64,000 bases of DNA from Eubacteriales bacterium (GTDB lineage Bacteria; Bacillota; Clostridia; Oscillospirales; CAG-382). Location of the stretch: NCBI GenBank assembly GCA_045652245.1, contig JAZRTY010000033.1, positions 75,863-139,862 of the forward strand, given 5' to 3'. The notes beneath the pieces were generated by a model. The model had not been told where the DNA came from. It was given only the letters and a program-made list of their open reading frames with translations, and did no database searches. Positions within the stretch are counted from its first letter, which is position 1. Each line of letters opens with the position of its first letter. This document shows, piece by piece, positions 25,978 through 39,147 of this stretch. Both the position numbers and the translations under genes were made by a program.

Positions 25978-26241
25978 TTAGTCTTTAAGAACCGTTTGAA
26001 CCAGTGCTGCAAGTCCTTCAACCGCTTCGTTTTCGTCCTGTCCATCTGCAATAATCATAATGTTTGTTCCACCTGCAATACCGAGAGAAAGAACACCAAG
26101 TAAGCTCTTTGCGTTTGCTCTTCTATCACCGTTTTCAACCCAAATTGAACATTTATAAGTATTTGCTTTCTGAATAAAAACTGATGCCGGCTTCGCATGA
26201 AGTCCCTGTGAACTTTTAACTGCAACTTCTTTAGATGTCAT
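25978..26241 (-). CDS. ptsH: Phosphocarrier protein HPr
   Basis: GLHAKPAS (His15) and AKSLLGVLSLG (Ser46). Confidence 0.95.
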   Translation of the reverse strand: MTSKEVAVKSSQGLHAKPASVFIQKANTYKCSIWVENGDRRANAKSLLGVLSLGIAGGTNIMIIADGQDENEAVEGLAALVQTVLKD

Positions 26242-26398
26242 ACCATATCTCCTTTTCGCAATTTTAAAAATAAATATATATTAATTATACATTTATTTTA
26301 TGATAAAATCAAGTACATTCTTAAAAAAACCACTTATTGCACAAATAATTGACGCAACAGATTGCAATTTTGAGCAAAAACACAACACAACCGATATA

Positions 26399-26884
26399 TC
26401 ACTCATATTTTTTCACAGAAAGAACAACACAATCGAATTTGATTTTTCCGTTATCAGCAGCAAATATCGTTGCCGGTGTAATATACTTTCCTGAAATTGA
26501 GAAAAATCCGTTTTGATCAACAAGACAATCAGCCAAAATTTCAATAGTCATATCTACATTGTTAAAGTCGGGCTTACTTCTGGCAATACCCTCATCAATT
26601 TCGGTAACTATCGAAGGAGTAGAGCTGATATTGATGATTTTACCAATTTTTCCATATTGGGAGTCTTTTTCTCCATAAATTGTATCATTCATCTCGAAAG
26701 CAGCAAAGTTATGCTTCTCAATCCCATGAACTGATATTGTAATCACGGATCTCTGATCATAATTTTTTGATAAATAATCAATAACATTTGTTCTTCTGAC
26801 AACAAAGGTTAAACAAACGAGCAGAAGTGCAACAATTATTACCAAATCAAGAATATTGATTTTTATTTTATTCTTATTCGTCAT
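26399..26884 (-). CDS. Membrane-anchored hypothetical protein (DUF4330-like)
   Basis: N-terminal KIKINILDLVIIVALLLVCLTFVV anchor. Paralogous architecture to the next gene. Confidence 0.45.
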   Translation of the reverse strand: MTNKNKIKINILDLVIIVALLLVCLTFVVRRTNVIDYLSKNYDQRSVITISVHGIEKHNFAAFEMNDTIYGEKDSQYGKIGKIINISSTPSIVTEIDEGIARSKPDFNNVDMTIEILADCLVDQNGFFSISGKYITPATIFAADNGKIKFDCVVLSVKKYE

Positions 26885-26890
26885 AAAGCA

Positions 26891-27418
26891 TCAACTCCTA
26901 CTTGTTTCATCTTTAAAGATAGCCAAATCATCATTTCCATTACCAATAGTATTAAGTGAAATGCATTCAGCAGAAAACTCAAGCAACGGAGAAACGTAGT
27001 CATAAATCTCACCAATCACCATTCTTTCGTCATTGAGCAAATAGTGGTTCCCGTTATAAATAGCATTACCAACATATTTGATTTTTAATACTTTACCCCT
27101 GGTGTTGGAAATTTTATTATTCTCAGAAACTAAAATCCACTCATCAGAAATCACGGATATTTCTGTAACTGTACCAATTATAGCCCTTTCATCGTGATTC
27201 ATCAACTTATCTCCGACCTTTAAATTATCGGCAAATCTGTTGTCAATTACCTGTGTTAACAATTCAACTTCAATAAAATCATTTTGATTTATTGCACGTG
27301 AAATGCTCACCTTTCTGTGATTGTAAAAGAATATAAATGTCAAGGCAAATATAATAAATACAACGCCTATCATTATATCAACAGCATTAAGCTTAATTTT
27401 TTTTATTGACTTGCTCAT
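26891..27418 (-). CDS. Membrane-anchored hypothetical protein (DUF4330-like paralogue)
   Basis: N-terminal KIKLNAVDIMIGVVFIIFALTFIFF anchor. Confidence 0.45.
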   Translation of the reverse strand: MSKSIKKIKLNAVDIMIGVVFIIFALTFIFFYNHRKVSISRAINQNDFIEVELLTQVIDNRFADNLKVGDKLMNHDERAIIGTVTEISVISDEWILVSENNKISNTRGKVLKIKYVGNAIYNGNHYLLNDERMVIGEIYDYVSPLLEFSAECISLNTIGNGNDDLAIFKDETSRS

Positions 27419-27430
27419 ACAACTCTCCTC

Positions 27431-29305
27431 CTAATACATAGCTTCACCGCTTGCCGGCACATATTCCCTACCCGAGGCATGCTTTAATGACGTTGTAAGA
27501 TAGAATATTACAAAGGTCAACAGTATAGCTTGTTCAGATAAAAAGCTTTCGAACAGAATAGCCTTAATAAGAATCGATGTAACAGAAGCAATAGCGGCAA
27601 GCATATATTTTGAATTGGATGCACAATTACATTCTTTAGAAGAAAGATAACTAAAGCCTTTGTTTAAGAATAACAAAAATATTACGGCAATTAAAAGAGC
27701 AGAAATCACACCACATTGAAGAATATGGCTTACAACGAACGGTGAGGTAACCGTATTATCGGCAACACCATACCCGAACGCAGTTCCGATATAACGCAAG
27801 GTTGCATCACTACCGTAGCCGAATCCCGAATAATCAAAGGAAAGAAGCGCATAATCTGATACAAAATCACGAATTATAGTGGCACCTGTGACATTATCAA
27901 TGAAATTATAAATATAATTAAAAAGTCCGGGAATCGCAATAGAGATAAGATTAAAAAATGCGCACAAAATCATGCAAACAAATATTATAACAGGTTTATT
28001 GACAATTGCAAATATGATGAACCCGATAATCACCGGTAATATTATTCTTTGCTCAAACGTAAACAAGGAATAAACAGCAAACAACAATAGAGCAATTGTT
28101 CCCGAAAGCTGATTGCTTTCAGAAGACCTGATTTTGCTTTTTGCAAGTGCAAACGGAAACAAAATCAGAATGAACTCAGAGTAAATTTCCTTAGCAGAAA
28201 AAGGAATTTCTGATATAATTTGAAATACACCTGACAGAAGGAGATTGCCCGAAAAGCGTGTTTCGAAATGACCCAAAATGCCAATTGCAGCAAGTATTGA
28301 TGTCGAAAACAGGATGGAATTAATAATTCTTCCGATAAGCTTTGAGGTAATAATCACATTTGAAACTACAAATGAAAAGAATATATAAATAAGAATTTTA
28401 ATCGAGCCTATCATCGAAAGACTACCGTTCACCGAGGCTAGTCCACAAAATAATATATTCAGCGAAAAGAAGAAAACAAAGGTATCTAACAGAGAAAACC
28501 TTAGTACTCTTTTCTTTCTCATAAGCTTAATAACATATGATGAGCAAACCAAAAATACAAAATAGAATAAAATCTCGTTTGATACAAATGGAAGAAGCAC
28601 AAGAACAGCAATTATTCCGTTTTCCGGACTTAAAAAAACAAGCCAAGTAAGCACAAAGAGAAAAACTGTATTAAGTAACAGGAACGGAGAAAAAGCCATA
28701 GATAGAACACTTAAAATAATACCTGCAATTACCGGCAGAGTATGAGAGGATTTGACCGGCTTTATCTGCTCAAGTGACTTTTTGCTATAAAAGAAGGTCT
28801 GAAAAAAAACAAAATTCAATATACGGCTCGTACAAACCTTCTGTGAAATGCTTTTCTGAGATGCCATAAGAAATATCGACACTACTACAGATAAAAGTCC
28901 GAATAATATTGAGGAAATTTCGTGATTGCTGCCAATATGCCGAAGACCCTGGTCTTCAAGTATAAGCTTTACAAAATTCAAAGCAATCAGAAATACTCCA
29001 TAAAAGAATATTCCAACGCCATAATAACGAAGTGATTTTTCAAAAAAACGCACACTTAACTTGCCAAAAAATTTTAAAATTTTACTGTTTTCACAGCTTC
29101 TCGAAAAGGCTTTCTTGATTAAATTGAAAAATTTAAGTTTGGAAAACAATCCCGAAACAAAAGTATAAATCAGAGAATTACAAAAATATTCCTCAAGTAA
29201 ATCATAGGAAACAAAGAAATTTGCAAAAAAGCTACCTTTAAAGGGACTATTTTCATTTGTTTTGTTAAAATTAATTCGACTTAAATAATTTGAATATTTC
29301 TTCAA
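27431..29305 (-). CDS. Large polytopic membrane protein, possibly O-antigen ligase/Wzy-like
   Basis: 624 aa and almost entirely hydrophobic segments. No catalytic motif recognised with confidence. Confidence 0.4.
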   Translation of the reverse strand: MKKYSNYLSRINFNKTNENSPFKGSFFANFFVSYDLLEEYFCNSLIYTFVSGLFSKLKFFNLIKKAFSRSCENSKILKFFGKLSVRFFEKSLRYYGVGIFFYGVFLIALNFVKLILEDQGLRHIGSNHEISSILFGLLSVVVSIFLMASQKSISQKVCTSRILNFVFFQTFFYSKKSLEQIKPVKSSHTLPVIAGIILSVLSMAFSPFLLLNTVFLFVLTWLVFLSPENGIIAVLVLLPFVSNEILFYFVFLVCSSYVIKLMRKKRVLRFSLLDTFVFFFSLNILFCGLASVNGSLSMIGSIKILIYIFFSFVVSNVIITSKLIGRIINSILFSTSILAAIGILGHFETRFSGNLLLSGVFQIISEIPFSAKEIYSEFILILFPFALAKSKIRSSESNQLSGTIALLLFAVYSLFTFEQRIILPVIIGFIIFAIVNKPVIIFVCMILCAFFNLISIAIPGLFNYIYNFIDNVTGATIIRDFVSDYALLSFDYSGFGYGSDATLRYIGTAFGYGVADNTVTSPFVVSHILQCGVISALLIAVIFLLFLNKGFSYLSSKECNCASNSKYMLAAIASVTSILIKAILFESFLSEQAILLTFVIFYLTTSLKHASGREYVPASGEAMY

Positions 29306-29327
29306 AATAATCCCTCCTTCTCGAGTA

Positions 29328-30056
29328 TTACTTTTCGGTAATTGATTTTAAATATTCCAGATCCTTATTTGAAAGCTCTACCTTGTCAAGCAATTCAGGT
29401 CTTTTTAGTAGCGTATTTTTCAGGGACATCTTTCGTCGCCACTCATCAATCTTAGCATGATGGCCACTAAATAAAACTTCAGGAACCTCCATGCCATTAT
29501 AATTTCGAGGTCTTGTATATTGAGGGTATTCAAGAAGTCCTGATGCGATACTTTCATTTTCATAGCATTCGTTGTCAGGCAAAACACCATCAATCATTCT
29601 GGATATACAATCAACAAGAATCGCCGCAGGCATTTCACCGCCTGTCAGAACATAATCACCAATTGATATTTCCTCATCAACGATTGACTCAATAATTCGC
29701 TCATCAAAGCCCTCGTAGTGACCGCAGAGAATAATCATTCGTGGAAGCTTTGAAAGCTCCCGTGCCTTTTCTTGTGTCAGTACTTTACCTTGCGGTGACA
29801 TATAAACTGTATGTACGTGTTCCTCCCCGTCAAGAGCATATTTGTGACAATCAATAACAGGCTGTGGTGTCATCACCATTCCCCTGCCTCCACCAAAGGG
29901 AGTATCGTCTGTTTTTCTGTGCTTATCGGCAGAAAATTCACGAATGTCATGCAGCCTTATATCAATAATTTCATTTTTAACAGCGTTACCTATTATACTT
30001 TCAAAAAGTACTGCCCCCAACATACCGGGAAAAACCGAAAGAATGTCAAATCTCAT
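29328..30056 (-). CDS. trmD: tRNA (guanine37-N1)-methyltransferase
   Basis: MRFDILSVFPGM...; GGGRGMVM; CGHYEGFDER. Confidence 0.95.
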   Translation of the reverse strand: MRFDILSVFPGMLGAVLFESIIGNAVKNEIIDIRLHDIREFSADKHRKTDDTPFGGGRGMVMTPQPVIDCHKYALDGEEHVHTVYMSPQGKVLTQEKARELSKLPRMIILCGHYEGFDERIIESIVDEEISIGDYVLTGGEMPAAILVDCISRMIDGVLPDNECYENESIASGLLEYPQYTRPRNYNGMEVPEVLFSGHHAKIDEWRRKMSLKNTLLKRPELLDKVELSNKDLEYLKSITEK

Positions 30057-30574
30057 TCAAGAATCTCCTCTGCCTCATCAAATAGTCCCGGAATTGGCGT
30101 TACAAATACACCCTTTTCAAGATCAATACTGTCAATAAAATCATCTACGGCAGGAAGCATATATTCTCCACTTTCCGACTTTATAACGTATGTATCGTGA
30201 CTTCCGTAGTTGACAACATCAATAACCTTTCCGTAGTCCTTACCTGTTTTTGCATCAAATACTGAAAGTCCAATTATATCTGCAATAAAAATTTCACCTT
30301 CATCAAGACTGCAACAAGCTCTGTCTACATACAGAACTTTATTCCTGAGCTTATCTGCCATTTCAGGAGATTCAATTCCCTGTAGCTTCAAATATATAAA
30401 TCCCTTATATGGCTTGCAGCTTTCAATCTTAAAAGGATTGTTCCCGTCATTTGACAGAAAAACCTCAGAAAAGTTATAAAAATCTTCTGGTGTGTTTGTA
30501 TACGGTTCGACTTTTAACTCTCCCTTTATTCCGCGTTTATTTATAATTTTACCAATTTCAAGATACTTTTCCAT
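30053..30574 (-). CDS. rimM: 16S rRNA processing protein RimM
   Basis: IGKIINKRGIKGELKV. PRC-barrel C-terminus. 4-nt overlap with trmD. Confidence 0.9.
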   Translation of the reverse strand: MEKYLEIGKIINKRGIKGELKVEPYTNTPEDFYNFSEVFLSNDGNNPFKIESCKPYKGFIYLKLQGIESPEMADKLRNKVLYVDRACCSLDEGEIFIADIIGLSVFDAKTGKDYGKVIDVVNYGSHDTYVIKSESGEYMLPAVDDFIDSIDLEKGVFVTPIPGLFDEAEEILE

Positions 30575-30653
30575 CCATTACACCCAATATGAAGTATTAT
30601 TTTAGTTACCTATATATTACACTACTTACAATATTTTGTCAAGTATAAGATAA

Positions 30654-32663
<2,010 letters not shown>

Positions 32664-32787
32664 TTAAGCTCAGCTGTATTAATTTTACCACTAAATAATT
32701 AAAAATTCAACAATTTTACAAGTATTTATTGAAAAAATTACCTTTTTATGATAAAATTAATTAAAAAACTTAAGAAACGGAATTTTT

Positions 32788-33606
32788 ATGAAACTACTTG
32801 TGTGTCCTAAGTGTAAAAATGAACTGCTTATATCCGAAAAAACATACAAATGCGAAAACAATCACTGTTATGATATTGCAAAACAGGGTTACTTGAATCT
32901 GTTGCTGGGCAGTACCAAGGGCTCCGGTGATGATAAGGAAATGTGCGCAGCACGACACTCTTTTCACTCTTGTGACTATTATAAGGTACTTTGTGACAAG
33001 CTTTCGGAAATTTTTATGCGATATGGTTTAAGAAACATTGTCGATGCAGGATGTGGAGAGGGATACTATATCAGAAAAATAAGAGAAGCCCTTGAGAAAA
33101 ACAACACTTCAAATTTTGCTCTTTGTGGTATAGACCTTGCAAAAGAAGCAATAATTCTTGGAGCAAGGCTTGAGAAAAATAAAGCCAATAAAATTGAATA
33201 TGCTGTAGCCGGTATTTTTGATATGCCGATTATGGACAACAGCTGCGACTGTGTACTTTCGGTATTTGCTCCTGTACCATTTGAAGAAGCTCACAGAGTT
33301 TTATGTAGAAATGGTCTTATGATTGTTGTTACTCCGGGTAGTAAGCATCTTGAAGGACTAAAGAGTATTTTATACGAGGATATATACGATAACGAAATTG
33401 TTGATAAATATTACGACGGCTTTGTAGCTGAAGATAAAATTTGTGTTCATGATGAGATTTCTGTCACCGGAGAAAATATAAAAAATTTATTTCATATGAC
33501 TCCATATTTCTGGAGAACCTCAAAAAATGACGCATCAAAGCTTAACAATCTTGAAATTCTGCAAACAAAAATTGAATTCATTATCACAATTTATAAAAAA
33601 ATTTAA
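32788..33606 (+). CDS. 23S rRNA (guanine-N1)-methyltransferase RlmA-like
   Basis: N-terminal Zn ribbon LVCPKCKNEL...CENNHCYDIAKQGYLNLL followed by SAM motif VDAGCGEGYY. Confidence 0.75.
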   Translation: MKLLVCPKCKNELLISEKTYKCENNHCYDIAKQGYLNLLLGSTKGSGDDKEMCAARHSFHSCDYYKVLCDKLSEIFMRYGLRNIVDAGCGEGYYIRKIREALEKNNTSNFALCGIDLAKEAIILGARLEKNKANKIEYAVAGIFDMPIMDNSCDCVLSVFAPVPFEEAHRVLCRNGLMIVVTPGSKHLEGLKSILYEDIYDNEIVDKYYDGFVAEDKICVHDEISVTGENIKNLFHMTPYFWRTSKNDASKLNNLEILQTKIEFIITIYKKI

Positions 33607-33732
33607 AATTCTTAAAGCTAATTTTTACTCGGAAAACGAAGTTACTTACAAATCTATGTAAAGTTATATAACAGGAATGCAGACAATGCGACTGCTTTGT
33701 AAGGAAGTCAGAGTGAGATTATTTATAGAAGA

Positions 33733-33758
33733 AAAACGGCTTAAAAAGCCGTTTTTTT
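33733..33758. terminator. Bidirectional terminator between convergent genes
   Basis: AAAAACGGCTT-AAA-AAGCCGTTTTTTT. Confidence 0.7.
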
Positions 33759-33762
33759 ACTT

Positions 33763-34449
33763 TTATGCCATATAATCTTCTACATATCCCTGGAATTCCT
33801 GTGGTGTAATATCACCGTTCAGATCAAAATGTGTGAAGGAATCCGGAACATCACCTACGATTATTGTTTCGGCTATTACAGTTTCACATTCAAGTGGAAT
33901 TTCAATATATTTAAAAGGAAAAACAATTGCAATATCGGCAGATACATTAAAGCTTATTCTATAAAGCGTCTGGTTAATACCGGCTTCTATGAATTCTCCC
34001 GTCATTTTGCTCTGTACCCTTCCTATTGGCCGGAATTTAATTTTAATGTCAAATCCTCTGCCGTAAAATAATCCTTTCGCAAACAGATTGCCAACAGGTA
34101 TTTTTGAAATATATTCATCTTCACTTTCTAAAATTTCTGAAACTGCAACATCAAGACAGTTTTTAAGCTTATTAACGACAATCATATTTGCACCAACGCC
34201 CGAAATTTTCCCATCGTCTGTTTTTTCAATTGAAATCAGGTCATTATATGAAATATCGTTACGATCAATTTCATCAAGAACTACCTGATTAATTATCGAG
34301 TTTATCTTATTTGCAGCTAAGTTCATCGAATACTGTTCTATCTGATATGAAAGACTTTTGTCGAACAAAAGAAACAATAATATATTAATCAGACAAAGCA
34401 ATAGTAATACAAAACTAAAAACTCTAAGAATCTTTTTCCGTTTTTGCAA
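33763..34449 (-). CDS. yunB: Sporulation protein YunB
   Basis: N-terminal TM segment, EKTDDGKISGVGANMIVVNKL, IPVGNLF and a size of about 230 aa. Confidence 0.7.
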   Translation of the reverse strand: MQKRKKILRVFSFVLLLLCLINILLFLLFDKSLSYQIEQYSMNLAANKINSIINQVVLDEIDRNDISYNDLISIEKTDDGKISGVGANMIVVNKLKNCLDVAVSEILESEDEYISKIPVGNLFAKGLFYGRGFDIKIKFRPIGRVQSKMTGEFIEAGINQTLYRISFNVSADIAIVFPFKYIEIPLECETVIAETIIVGDVPDSFTHFDLNGDITPQEFQGYVEDYMA

Positions 34450-34502
34450 AAAAACACCCCCAATTGCTATATAATATGCAAAATGGGAGTGTTGTTTTAC
34501 CG

Positions 34503-35201
34503 TCAGAAATAATATTGCGGAACCTTAGCTGCAGCATCCTTGTCAAGAAGTAGCATAAAATCGGGATGCTCTCTGAGAATAGTTGAAGGAACATTTGCCG
34601 AAAGCTCGCTTTCAAACATAAGACCTACAGTATTTGCCATATTAGCTCCACTTGCAAGTGCTACAATTTTTTTTGCAGCAAGTATCTTATACGGAGAAAG
34701 AGTAATACAGTCAGAACCAAGAAAATCCTTTGAGGTTATGTATGCGGTTCTTGTATCAAAATTACACGGAGGAAGATTTATACATATACCACCACCGGGC
34801 AAAAGTTCAACAAAAATAAGATCAAAGTTCTCCTTGAAAGTATTAAGTGTTACAAGAGAATTATTGGTATCAAGAATCTCGCTGTCAGAAAAATGTAAAT
34901 TATCAGGCAGAAAAGATGTCAGCTTATCAGTAAGGTTATAGGTAATTCTTTTACGCCTGCTTATTGCACTTATCCCCTGCTCGTACACAAATTCCCAGGA
35001 AAAATGCACATGAACATTCCTCCAGGAAACATCCTCTGTTACAAGCTCACGCATCATTTCCACATTTATTTTATCAGCACCCAGGCAGAAGTGAAAAGGG
35101 GTATTTTCGTTTTCCTGATATTTTTTTCTGATTTGCGAAGCACAAACCTCGGCTGCTGCTCCGGCGAGAGTTTTTTCACTCTCAAATACCTTTATTCTCA
35201 T
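34503..35201 (-). CDS. Glucosamine-6-phosphate deaminase / 6-phosphogluconolactonase-family-like protein
   Basis: The N-terminus MRIKVFESEKTLAGAAAEVCASQIRKK and the length resemble the NagB/Pgl superfamily. Catalytic residues were not verified. Confidence 0.4.
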   Translation of the reverse strand: MRIKVFESEKTLAGAAAEVCASQIRKKYQENENTPFHFCLGADKINVEMMRELVTEDVSWRNVHVHFSWEFVYEQGISAISRRKRITYNLTDKLTSFLPDNLHFSDSEILDTNNSLVTLNTFKENFDLIFVELLPGGGICINLPPCNFDTRTAYITSKDFLGSDCITLSPYKILAAKKIVALASGANMANTVGLMFESELSANVPSTILREHPDFMLLLDKDAAAKVPQYYF

Positions 35202-35264
35202 AAAAAATTTACCTCATTAATATAATGATATATAATATAAAACATAAGCAGAATGGAGATTTAT

Positions 35265-35558
35265 ATGATTATATTATATTCAGAGCTAATTTGTAAGGAT
35301 GTTCTTGATTGTAATAGCGGAAGTATTATCGGAAATGTATGTGATGTTGAAATTTCCTGCGACGATTTAAGAATAATTGCGTTGATAGTAAGACAAGATA
35401 GTTTTCCGTTTAAGAAATGTGAAAAAATCAGAATTTCCTGCGACAAAATACAAAAAATTGGAAAAGATGTTATAATTGTAAACTTCAATTATTGCAGAAA
35501 AAACGATTCAGACAAAAAAACTGAAAAAAAGAAGTTTCATTTTAAAAAACACTTATAA
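35265..35558 (+). CDS. YlmC/YmxH-family (PRC-barrel) sporulation protein
   Basis: [36 protein letters not shown]. The ATG at 35265 is 6 nt after GGAG. Confidence 0.65.
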   Translation: MIILYSELICKDVLDCNSGSIIGNVCDVEISCDDLRIIALIVRQDSFPFKKCEKIRISCDKIQKIGKDVIIVNFNYCRKNDSDKKTEKKKFHFKKHL

Positions 35559-36536
35559 TGTAGCTGCCATTACTGCCTTAATTGTATGCATTCTGTTTTC
35601 AGCTTCATCAAAAACAATAGATGCAGAAGATTCAAACACTTCGTCTGTAACCTCCATATCGGCTCTGCCGAACTTCTCACCCATTTCCTTCCCGATAACT
35701 GTTTTGTGGTCGTGGAATGCAGGCAAACAATGCATAAATACAGCCTTATCACCTGCGTTAGCCATAAGCGCACTATTTACCTGATAAGGAGAAAGCTCGT
35801 TAATTCTCTCGTTCCATACTTCAATAGGTTCTCCCATTGAAACCCAAACGTCAGTATATATTACATCAGCGTTTTTTGTGCCTTCCATAGGGTCTTCAAT
35901 AAAACGCAGTGTTGCACCGGTTTCTTTAGCAATTTCTTCGCATTCAGAAATAAGAGCCTCATCCGGGAAATACTTTTCAGGTGCACAAGCTGTAAAATTA
36001 AGTCCAAGCTTTGCGCAGCCTACCATTAATGAGTTACCCATATTATATCTGCAATCGCCCATATAAACAAAGTTAATTCCACGTAGATATCCAAAATGCT
36101 CCTTTATTGTAAGCATATCAGCAAGAATTTGTGTTGGATGAAATTCGTTTGTAAGACCATTCCATACAGGAACACCGGCATACTTTGCGAGTTCCTCTAC
36201 TATTTCCTGCCCGAAACCACGATATTCGATACCGTCGTACATTCTGCCAAGAACTCTTGCTGTATCAGCAATACTTTCCTTTTTACCAATTTGCGAGCCT
36301 TGTGGGTCAAGATATGTGCATCCCATACCCAAGTCATGCGCTGCTACTTCAAAAGCACACCTTGTTCTTGTACTTGTTTTTTCAAAGATGAGTGCTATAT
36401 TTTTACCTTCACAAAGCTTGTGAGGAATTCCTGCTTTCTTCTTTTGCTTAAGTTCTGCAGCAAGTTCAATAAGATAAAGTATTTCTTCTGATGTAAAATC
36501 AAGAAGTTTTAAAAAATTACGTCCTTTAAGATTCAT
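35553..36536 (-). CDS. argF: Ornithine carbamoyltransferase
   Basis: [13 protein letters not shown] and HCLPAFH motifs. Confidence 0.9.
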   Translation of the reverse strand: MNLKGRNFLKLLDFTSEEILYLIELAAELKQKKKAGIPHKLCEGKNIALIFEKTSTRTRCAFEVAAHDLGMGCTYLDPQGSQIGKKESIADTARVLGRMYDGIEYRGFGQEIVEELAKYAGVPVWNGLTNEFHPTQILADMLTIKEHFGYLRGINFVYMGDCRYNMGNSLMVGCAKLGLNFTACAPEKYFPDEALISECEEIAKETGATLRFIEDPMEGTKNADVIYTDVWVSMGEPIEVWNERINELSPYQVNSALMANAGDKAVFMHCLPAFHDHKTVIGKEMGEKFGRADMEVTDEVFESSASIVFDEAENRMHTIKAVMAATL

Positions 36537-36559
36537 AATACACCTCAAAATTTATAAAA

Positions 36560-36581
36560 GAAAGCAGAATAATCTGCTTTC
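36560..36581 (-). terminator. Intrinsic terminator after the glutamine synthetase gene
   Basis: GAAAGCAG / CTGCTTTC stem, with a T-rich tail on the minus strand. Confidence 0.65.
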
Positions 36582-36602
36582 TTCATATATTTAATTTATA
36601 AA

Positions 36603-38702
36603 TCAGTTAACACTATACAGTAATTCATCATAAGTCGGGAAAGGCCAATATTTGTCAGATACTATCTGTTCCATTTTATCTGAAACGAATCTCAACTCTT
36701 TCATTGCGGGAATTATTACACCCTTGCAAAAGGTTGCTTTATCTGAAGCATTTGAAAGTGTCGTATATTTCTTCTGCGCTTCATCAAGAGCATCAATTCT
36801 ATCAACAAAATCGGCAGAAAGCCCGGTAAGCTCACTTACTATACTCTTGGCAGCCACATCTACAATTCCGATTGAAGCTTTCTGAGCATATGTATCTGTA
36901 ACACTCTTTGAATACTCAAAAACAGCAGGCAAAATCTGACGCTTTGCCATTTCAAGCATTGTGAGAGCTTCAATATTAACAAGATTTGCGTAATTATCAA
37001 GTAATATTTCCGTTCTTGAAATTATTTCATCCTTTGTGAAAATCTTGTGCTTTGTGAAAAGCCTGATATTCTTTTCGTCAGTAAAGTGCGGAACGGCATC
37101 AGGTGTCGTCATATAATTCGAAAGACCACGCTTTGCAGCTTCCTCTATCCATTCTTCTGTATAATTGTTTCCGTTGAATATTATTCTCTTGTGTTTTATT
37201 ATAACTTCCTTAAGAAGCTCGTTGAGAGCAGCATCAAAGTCTTTTGCATCCTTAAGAGTATCATAAAAGTCTTCAAGTACATCAGCAACAATTGTGTTAA
37301 GTACTGTATTCGGGTCTGCTACCGAGAAGGAAGAACCAACCATTCTGAATTCAAACTTATTTCCGGTAAAAGCAAGAGGAGAAGTTCTGTTTCTATCAGC
37401 TGTATCCTTCTGGAAATCGGGAAGCACATGTACACCTGTTTCCATAGTCTGTTTTTTGAAACTCTTAGCTTCCCCGTCTGTTTCGATAGCTTCAAGAATT
37501 GAACAAAGGTCGTCACCGAGGAAAATCGAAACTATCGCAGGAGGAGCTTCGTGACCACCAAGTCTGCAGTCATTTCCGGCACTCGATGCAGTAATACGAA
37601 GAAGATCCTGATTTTCATCAACAGCACGAATTACTGCACAAAGGAAAAGCAAGAAAATTTTATTCTCTGCCGGATTCTTTCCCGGGTCAAACAGATTTAC
37701 ACCCTTACCTGTAGAAAGTGCCCAGTTGTTATGCTTGCCACTACCGTTTACACCTGCAAAGGGTTTTTCGTGAAGCAAGCATACAAGATTATGCTTAGTA
37801 GCAACCTTTTTCATAATCTCCATAGTGAGCTGATTCTGGTCGGTTGCAATATTTGCAGTTGTAAAAACAGGAGCAAGCTCATGCTGTGACGGAGCTGCTT
37901 CATTATGCTCAGTTTTTGCAAAAACACCGAATTTCCAAAGCTCCTTGTTAAGGTCCTCCATATAAGACATAACTCTCGGCTTGATACTTCCGAAATAGTG
38001 GTCACCAAGCTCCTGACCTTTAGGAGGCATTGCCCCAAAGAGAGTTCTGCCGGTAAATATTAAATCTTTGCGTTTTTCATATATATCCTTATCAACAAGG
38101 AAATACTCTTGTTCAGCACCTACTGTTGCATTTACTCTTCTGACATCATTAATCCCAAATAAGGATAGAATCTTGATAGCTTCATTACTGATAAGCTCCA
38201 TTGAACGCAACAATGGTGTTTTCTTATCAAGAACTTCTCCACCATATGAGCAGAAAACTGTGGGTATGCAGAGTGAATCATCTTTAATAAAAGCATAGGA
38301 AGTTGGGTCCCAGGCAGTATAGCCACGTGCTTCGAAGGTCGCACGAAGTCCACCTGACGGGAAAGATGAAGCATCCGGCTCACCTTTTATAAGCTCCTTA
38401 CCCGAAAATTCCATAATAATGCTGCCGTCTTTTTGCGGTGAAAGAAAGCTATCGTGTTTTTCGGCAGTAATTCCTGTCATAGGCTGAAACCAATGAGTAT
38501 AATGGGTTGCGCCCTTTTCTATTGCCCAATCCTTCATAGCATTGGCAACGACATTAGCAACAGTTATATCTAAATCTTTACCATCTTCAATAGTTTTTTT
38601 CAAAGACTTATAAATGTCCTTTGGAAGCTTTTCACGCATGACATCATCGCCAAAGACGTATTCACCAAACATAGATGGAATATAATTCTTCTTATCACTC
38701 AT
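36603..38702 (-). CDS. glnN: Glutamine synthetase type III
   Basis: 699 aa. [11 protein letters not shown] and an overall GS-III layout. Confidence 0.85.
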   Translation of the reverse strand: MSDKKNYIPSMFGEYVFGDDVMREKLPKDIYKSLKKTIEDGKDLDITVANVVANAMKDWAIEKGATHYTHWFQPMTGITAEKHDSFLSPQKDGSIIMEFSGKELIKGEPDASSFPSGGLRATFEARGYTAWDPTSYAFIKDDSLCIPTVFCSYGGEVLDKKTPLLRSMELISNEAIKILSLFGINDVRRVNATVGAEQEYFLVDKDIYEKRKDLIFTGRTLFGAMPPKGQELGDHYFGSIKPRVMSYMEDLNKELWKFGVFAKTEHNEAAPSQHELAPVFTTANIATDQNQLTMEIMKKVATKHNLVCLLHEKPFAGVNGSGKHNNWALSTGKGVNLFDPGKNPAENKIFLLFLCAVIRAVDENQDLLRITASSAGNDCRLGGHEAPPAIVSIFLGDDLCSILEAIETDGEAKSFKKQTMETGVHVLPDFQKDTADRNRTSPLAFTGNKFEFRMVGSSFSVADPNTVLNTIVADVLEDFYDTLKDAKDFDAALNELLKEVIIKHKRIIFNGNNYTEEWIEEAAKRGLSNYMTTPDAVPHFTDEKNIRLFTKHKIFTKDEIISRTEILLDNYANLVNIEALTMLEMAKRQILPAVFEYSKSVTDTYAQKASIGIVDVAAKSIVSELTGLSADFVDRIDALDEAQKKYTTLSNASDKATFCKGVIIPAMKELRFVSDKMEQIVSDKYWPFPTYDELLYSVN

Positions 38703-38900
38703 AATTTCATACCTTTCTTTTGGAAATTCTATCTATACCTAATAATTATATAATTTTTTTTCGATATTGTCAAGTAATAATTGTAAATACAGTAAAAAAA
38801 TATGATATTTTGTACCAATTTGCAACTTGCACAATATTTCACGGGTAATCATTAAAAAAATAACAATTTTCATAATTCAAATATTTTTGTTAAAAAAGTC

Positions 38901-38929
38901 TTGACAAAATGAAATAAAAGTGATATAAT
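38901..38929 (+). promoter_or_regulatory. Consensus sigma-A promoter for tRNA-Gln
   Basis: TTGACA (38901-06), 17-nt spacer, TATAAT (38924-29). Confidence 0.75.
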
Positions 38930-38960
38930 CTTTTTTGTTCGCAAGAGCAAAATTAAATAT

Positions 38961-39034
38961 TGGGAAATTGTGTAACGGTAGCACGACAGACTCTGACTCT
39001 GTTTGTTGGGGTTCGAATCCCTATTTCCCAGCCA
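38961..39034 (+). tRNA. tRNA-Gln (anticodon CTG)
   Basis: Cloverleaf: acceptor TGGGAAA/TTTCCCA, anticodon stem ACAGA/TCTGT with loop CTCTGAC, T-loop TTCGAAT, and 3' GCCA encoded. Confidence 0.9.
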
Positions 39035-39040
39035 GAATGA

Positions 39041-39073
39041 TACCTCAGCTTTTTTAAAGCTGAGGTATTTTTA
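39041..39073 (+). terminator. Intrinsic terminator after tRNA-Gln
   Basis: TACCTCAGCTTT / AAAGCTGAGGTA followed by TTTTT. Confidence 0.8.
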
Positions 39074-39087
39074 TATAAAATTAAATT

Positions 39088-39117
39088 ACCCACAAGTGCT
39101 GATAAACACTTGTGGGT
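39088..39117 (-). terminator. Terminator hairpin after rhaA
   Basis: ACCCACAAGTG / CACTTGTGGGT stem of 11 bp. Confidence 0.6.
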
Positions 39118-39147
39118 ATTCTTATTATTTAGCTGAAACAGAAGAAA

